Of a stretch of DNA of 64,000 bases, positions 60,738 to 64,000 are shown one piece after another. Source of the DNA: an uncultured virus (IMG/VR IMGVR_UViG_3300018050_001813) (taxonomy: Duplodnaviria; Heunggongvirae; Uroviricota; Caudoviricetes); the IMG/VR virus record IMGVR_UViG_3300018050_001813, positions 1 through 64,000 of that record; one strand, written 5' to 3'. Position 1 is the first letter of the stretch. Each line of letters begins with the position of its first letter. The translations under genes were made by a program, and so were the position numbers. The notes under the pieces are model-generated. The model was not told the DNA's origin, searched no databases, and was given only the letters and a program-made list of their open reading frames with translations.

Positions 60738-61503
60738 TGTTACGTAATCGTGTTGTATGGTTCATTTCCAGGCGTTGTTACAATTGCACGCGCTTGATTC
60801 ATTCTGGTATCTTAATATAAGTCAACGGTATTGATTCATTCGACCCAAATGATATAAATCGCTCGCGATAATTCATTCAAACTGGGTGTTACAATTCTGA
60901 AGATTTGATTCATTCTACTGGGATGTTACAATTCGTACTGCGTGATTCATTCTTTCTGCTTGTTACTAATTATTCATGATGATTCATTCGGGTACGCTGT
61001 TACTAATTTTTCCATTTGATTCATTCGTTCAATATAATACAAGTCAAAAAGGCTGATTCATTCTAGAGCTATAATACAATTCGGATAGAGTGATTCATTC
61101 TGAACAATTGATACAGTTCATGGAAGGTGATTCATTCATGAAGTGTGATATTTATTTTTGGGTTTGATTCATTCATCAACAATGATACTAATCTTAGAAA
61201 ATAATTCATTTATTGTGAGTGTTACAAATCATTGAGTATAATTCATTCGTCCGATTTGTTATTAATCATATTTGATGATTCATTCTTAGATGATGTTACT
61301 AATCTATCCTTTTGATTCATTCGCGGTCGATGTTACTAATTCCATATCGTGATTCATTCAATTCGGCTGTTACTAATTTTTCCATTTGATTCATTCTGGC
61401 AACTTGTTACTAATTACGCTTTTTGATTCATTCGCTTTCGTTGTTACTAATCGGTCAGAATGATTCATTCATTCGCGCTGTTACTAATCGGGCCCATTGA
61501 TTT
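60738..61503 (-). ncRNA. TIGR-like dual-repeat, dual-spacer array (20 full 37-bp units)
   Basis: + strand TGATTCATTC-N8-TGTTACTAAT-N9, first repeat starting every 37 bp from 60758 to 61461 with a partial copy at 61498; directly downstream of a Nop-domain gene; strand inferred from that gene. Confidence 0.88.
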
Positions 61504-61530
61504 AAATTTTATTATAAAAAATTTGTATAC
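61504..61530 (-). promoter_or_regulatory. AT-rich leader with TATAAT, putative array promoter
   Basis: Minus strand tatacaaattttttataataaaattt just upstream of the first repeat. Confidence 0.4.
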
Positions 61531-61576
61531 CGAGGTACACCCATATTTCTGGATATACCCCGGCAACAAACACTAG

Positions 61577-62503
61577 TCATGCAAATGGATTGTTAGGAAT
61601 AGCAATTTCATGTACGTGTCCACCATGTTCAATGATGTACGGGCGAGGCGCAGGTGTGCCATGATGAGCCTGATATGCCACTGCGTGATAGTGGCTCAGG
61701 AAGATCTTGGCAGCAAAGCGTCGTGCTTGTGCATCAATCTGTGCAGGAGGAAGCTTGCCTGATTCGAGACAGGTACGAGTAGGATTATTGCCCCACTTCT
61801 TAGTGGTAAGAATCTGCTTAGCAAATTCTGCATAATCTCCAGCTTCGTTCTTTTCGATGCGGCGAGCCTTATCCTGCTTGTAGAGATGACCGTAGAAGCA
61901 CTGATCTTTATTGGAGAACTTCATGAAGCTCTGACCAATCTTCCAAGTGAGAGTCTTCAACTGTGCGTTGAAGGGGCGCTTCTGGCCTTTTTCCCACTTG
62001 ATAGTAGGATCAATACCAGCGTAACGCCAGATTGCTCCAGCAGTCGGTGCCTTCTCGATGTCAATATGAGCAACGAGTCCAGCAGTAATAACTGGTCCAA
62101 TGCCATACTGGCTTTTAGCCCAGTTGCCGACTACGAACTGATCACCAAAGTGATCAAGCGGAGAGACAAGTGACTTCTCTAGCATCTCAATAACAGTTGC
62201 ATAATAGCTGAGCAGTTCATGAGGACTACCAGCCTTAGTCAAGTCACGGACTTGGTTGTTATAACCAAGGCGTGCTTTCTGCAAGTCATAATAAAGCGAG
62301 ACAAGTTCGCGTGCGGAGCGTCGATCAAGATCAACTTCCATCTTGCGAACATCCTTATTGAGGACTCGCTGATTGAATTGAAAGAAATCGAATGCTTGAC
62401 GAACAATGTCGTCAGGATGAGTTTGATCTTCAAGAATATCATCAAGAAGATGATCATCTTCATGGATTTCATTGTCATTAATGTGGAATTCTGCGGAAGT
62501 CAT
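61577..62503 (-). CDS. TasA-like Nop-domain (IS110/Transposase_20-related) RNA-binding protein lacking a nuclease domain
   Basis: Coiled coil (YYDLQKARLGYNNQ); GIGPVITAGLVAHID...AIWRYAGIDP; no N-terminal DEDD RuvC; adjacent dual-repeat array. Confidence 0.82.
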   Translation of the reverse strand: MTSAEFHINDNEIHEDDHLLDDILEDQTHPDDIVRQAFDFFQFNQRVLNKDVRKMEVDLDRRSARELVSLYYDLQKARLGYNNQVRDLTKAGSPHELLSYYATVIEMLEKSLVSPLDHFGDQFVVGNWAKSQYGIGPVITAGLVAHIDIEKAPTAGAIWRYAGIDPTIKWEKGQKRPFNAQLKTLTWKIGQSFMKFSNKDQCFYGHLYKQDKARRIEKNEAGDYAEFAKQILTTKKWGNNPTRTCLESGKLPPAQIDAQARRFAAKIFLSHYHAVAYQAHHGTPAPRPYIIEHGGHVHEIAIPNNPFA

Positions 62504-62565
62504 AAATACTCCTTAAGTCTATTAACAAATTTTTTTATTATATAGCGATTCTTTTATGTATGTAG

Positions 62566-62612
62566 AAAAAAGTTGTGGAGGGACCCGATAGGGCAGGTCC
62601 CTCCACAACTTT
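62566..62612 (-). terminator. Rho-independent terminator separating the upstream gene from tasA-like
   Basis: aaagttgtggagggacc / ggtccctccacaacttt 17-bp stem; T-run on the minus strand; TATAAT and AAGGAG follow before the tasA-like start. Confidence 0.8.
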
Positions 62613-62627
62613 GTATGAACATGCTGT

Positions 62628-64000
62628 TTAGTACAGCGACTTCTCCAGCTTTCTGACAGGAGGCTTAGGGCTGACGAAGACGATAGGAGACTGCTCCGCG
62701 TGAGCTCTCTGAAACTCAAGCGGATCAGTATATTCCACTTCGATGCCTTGGGCATCCTTCCAGAGCCAACTCTTCTTGATATCTGTAACAATCTTCATGC
62801 GATCTTTGACAAGTTCGCGATGGGCAGAACGAGCAATTCCGTAATACTGAAGAGCTTCTTCAAGATACGGAAAGACGAATCTGTTCATCACAACCTGGTC
62901 AGTGACCTTACCAGTAGAAGTAGGGTTCTTGATTGATTCAGAATAGAGTGCAATCACAAAGTCATATGAATCGAGAATTCGCTCATAAGAATTGATCTTG
63001 TCAACAATATCTGAATACAAATGTTCCCACGAAGAACGCTGGATTGCTCCAGAGCTCTTCGTTACTTCTGTGGAATTAGTATTGTACAGGTTCATTCGGA
63101 ATTGGCGAAGAACTGGATAAGCATGATGGCGAAGACGATTGCCAAGTTGGTGAATGATCTCATCAGGACGGGCGTTCTTCTGAGACCAATCACGAACGCT
63201 GTTTACGTAACGCTTGAAATAAGTGTCACATAGTGCGTTCAGCTGCGAGAGCTTACCGTGATAAAGTTCCACGGTTTCGCCTCGCTTAAGGAATCGCTTC
63301 ATTCCACGCTTGTACCAAAAGTCCTCATCAATCGGTTTGCCGGATTTGATGACTTCACGCATCATCTGTTCGGCTTCACGATCAATAGCAAGGACATCAG
63401 CGGCGTTGTCGGGATTAATGCACTTATCGATAGCAGTTTCCAAAGTGCACAATTGGACAGGTCGATGCTTAGCAATGACCATAGAATGGGCCATTGCGGC
63501 GTTGACGAATCCACCGACGTTACCACCAGCCATAGCAATTTTGATGTCACGAATGACATCATCTTGAGTGTAAGGGCCAGTTCGCTTTACCTTAGGCAAT
63601 GCTTCGGAAGGAAGTCCAGTATACTGGATCTTATTCGCAAAGATTGAGCTAGACAAGCGAGGAGGCCATCCACGACCGTTAACTTCGGGGAACATGACGG
63701 GAGTACCATCTGCCTTATGCCACGTGGGGGCCCAAGAGCCCTCCACATAGCGGAAGATGGTGTATTCGCCGTAGCCATTTGGTGAACGAGTGGCTACAAC
63801 GACTTTCTCTCCGTCATAATCTCCGCCTTGCATGGTGCGGTAGAAGAGCTTGAAGAAGTCATCTTCATCCATACCACCATGGCTCTCATACATTTCGAGC
63901 CAATCGCAATCGTTAACGACGTGACAACCAAGAGCATTGCAACGTACGATTGTATCCTCTTCAACGATCATATCATATCCTGCCATGCGAGCAAGGCTTT
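62628..64000 (-). CDS. Large protein, 5'-truncated by the window; possible two-barrel (RdRP/YonO-like) polymerase C-terminal part
   Basis: Frame stays open to the window end; GGMDEDD, GGDYDGE, RSP, NVGGFVN...AID motifs; functional call is tentative. Confidence 0.35.
   Translation of the reverse strand, partial: SLARMAGYDMIVEEDTIVRCNALGCHVVNDCDWLEMYESHGGMDEDDFFKLFYRTMQGGDYDGEKVVVATRSPNGYGEYTIFRYVEGSWAPTWHKADGTPVMFPEVNGRGWPPRLSSSIFANKIQYTGLPSEALPKVKRTGPYTQDDVIRDIKIAMAGGNVGGFVNAAMAHSMVIAKHRPVQLCTLETAIDKCINPDNAADVLAIDREAEQMMREVIKSGKPIDEDFWYKRGMKRFLKRGETVELYHGKLSQLNALCDTYFKRYVNSVRDWSQKNARPDEIIHQLGNRLRHHAYPVLRQFRMNLYNTNSTEVTKSSGAIQRSSWEHLYSDIVDKINSYERILDSYDFVIALYSESIKNPTSTGKVTDQVVMNRFVFPYLEEALQYYGIARSAHRELVKDRMKIVTDIKKSWLWKDAQGIEVEYTDPLEFQRAHAEQSPIVFVSPKPPVRKLEKSLY

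Noticed and set aside
60758..61497. Self-targeting by array spacers within this window
   Set aside because: Spot checks found single short matches (gcgcgaat at 42291, ttttccatt near 29072) without the partner spacer next to them, as expected by chance; the search was not exhaustive
60738..61503. CRISPR array
   Set aside because: Two alternating 10-11-nt repeats with 8-9-nt variable segments do not fit CRISPR repeat/spacer sizes, and no cas genes are in the window
61577..62503. Active IS110 transposase / insertion sequence
   Set aside because: No N-terminal DEDD RuvC domain or recognisable catalytic Ser motif; the adjacent RNA is a multi-unit array rather than a single bridge RNA
1..64000. 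Stop-codon reassignment
   Set aside because: Recognisable genes are full length in the standard bacterial code, all three stops are used, and no suppressor tRNA was found

Overview
A 64-kb segment of a large, AT-rich tailed phage genome. The host is most likely an actinobacterium, judged from WhiB, three DUF732-like proteins, an LPXTG-anchored protein and a short-arm tRNA-Leu. Bases 1-26.9 kb are mostly + strand late/structural genes: small Lys-rich proteins, an M15-type endolysin, an exonuclease, a glycosylation cluster, two HiPIP-like proteins, a 1672-aa collagen-like fibre, three His-rich tail-collar proteins and a 2OG-Fe(II) oxygenase. Bases 27-64 kb are almost all minus strand: many small hypotheticals, UDG-like, SSB, MerR-HTH, AAA+ ATPase, WhiB, deaminase, SF2 helicase and six of the seven tRNAs. 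Two systems stand out. (1) A Nop/IS110-C-terminal-domain protein with no nuclease domain (61577-62503) is followed by an exactly 37-bp-periodic array of 20 dual-repeat/dual-spacer units (about 60738-61503). This is a TIGR-TasA-like RNA-guided system with apparently 8+8-nt guides. (2) A phage-encoded ubiquitin-like cassette (E2-like, JAB, E1/ThiF, Ubl ending ...GEKG) lies next to an AAA+ ATPase and two more E2-like paralogs. All family calls come from motif recognition by eye; no database searches were run.
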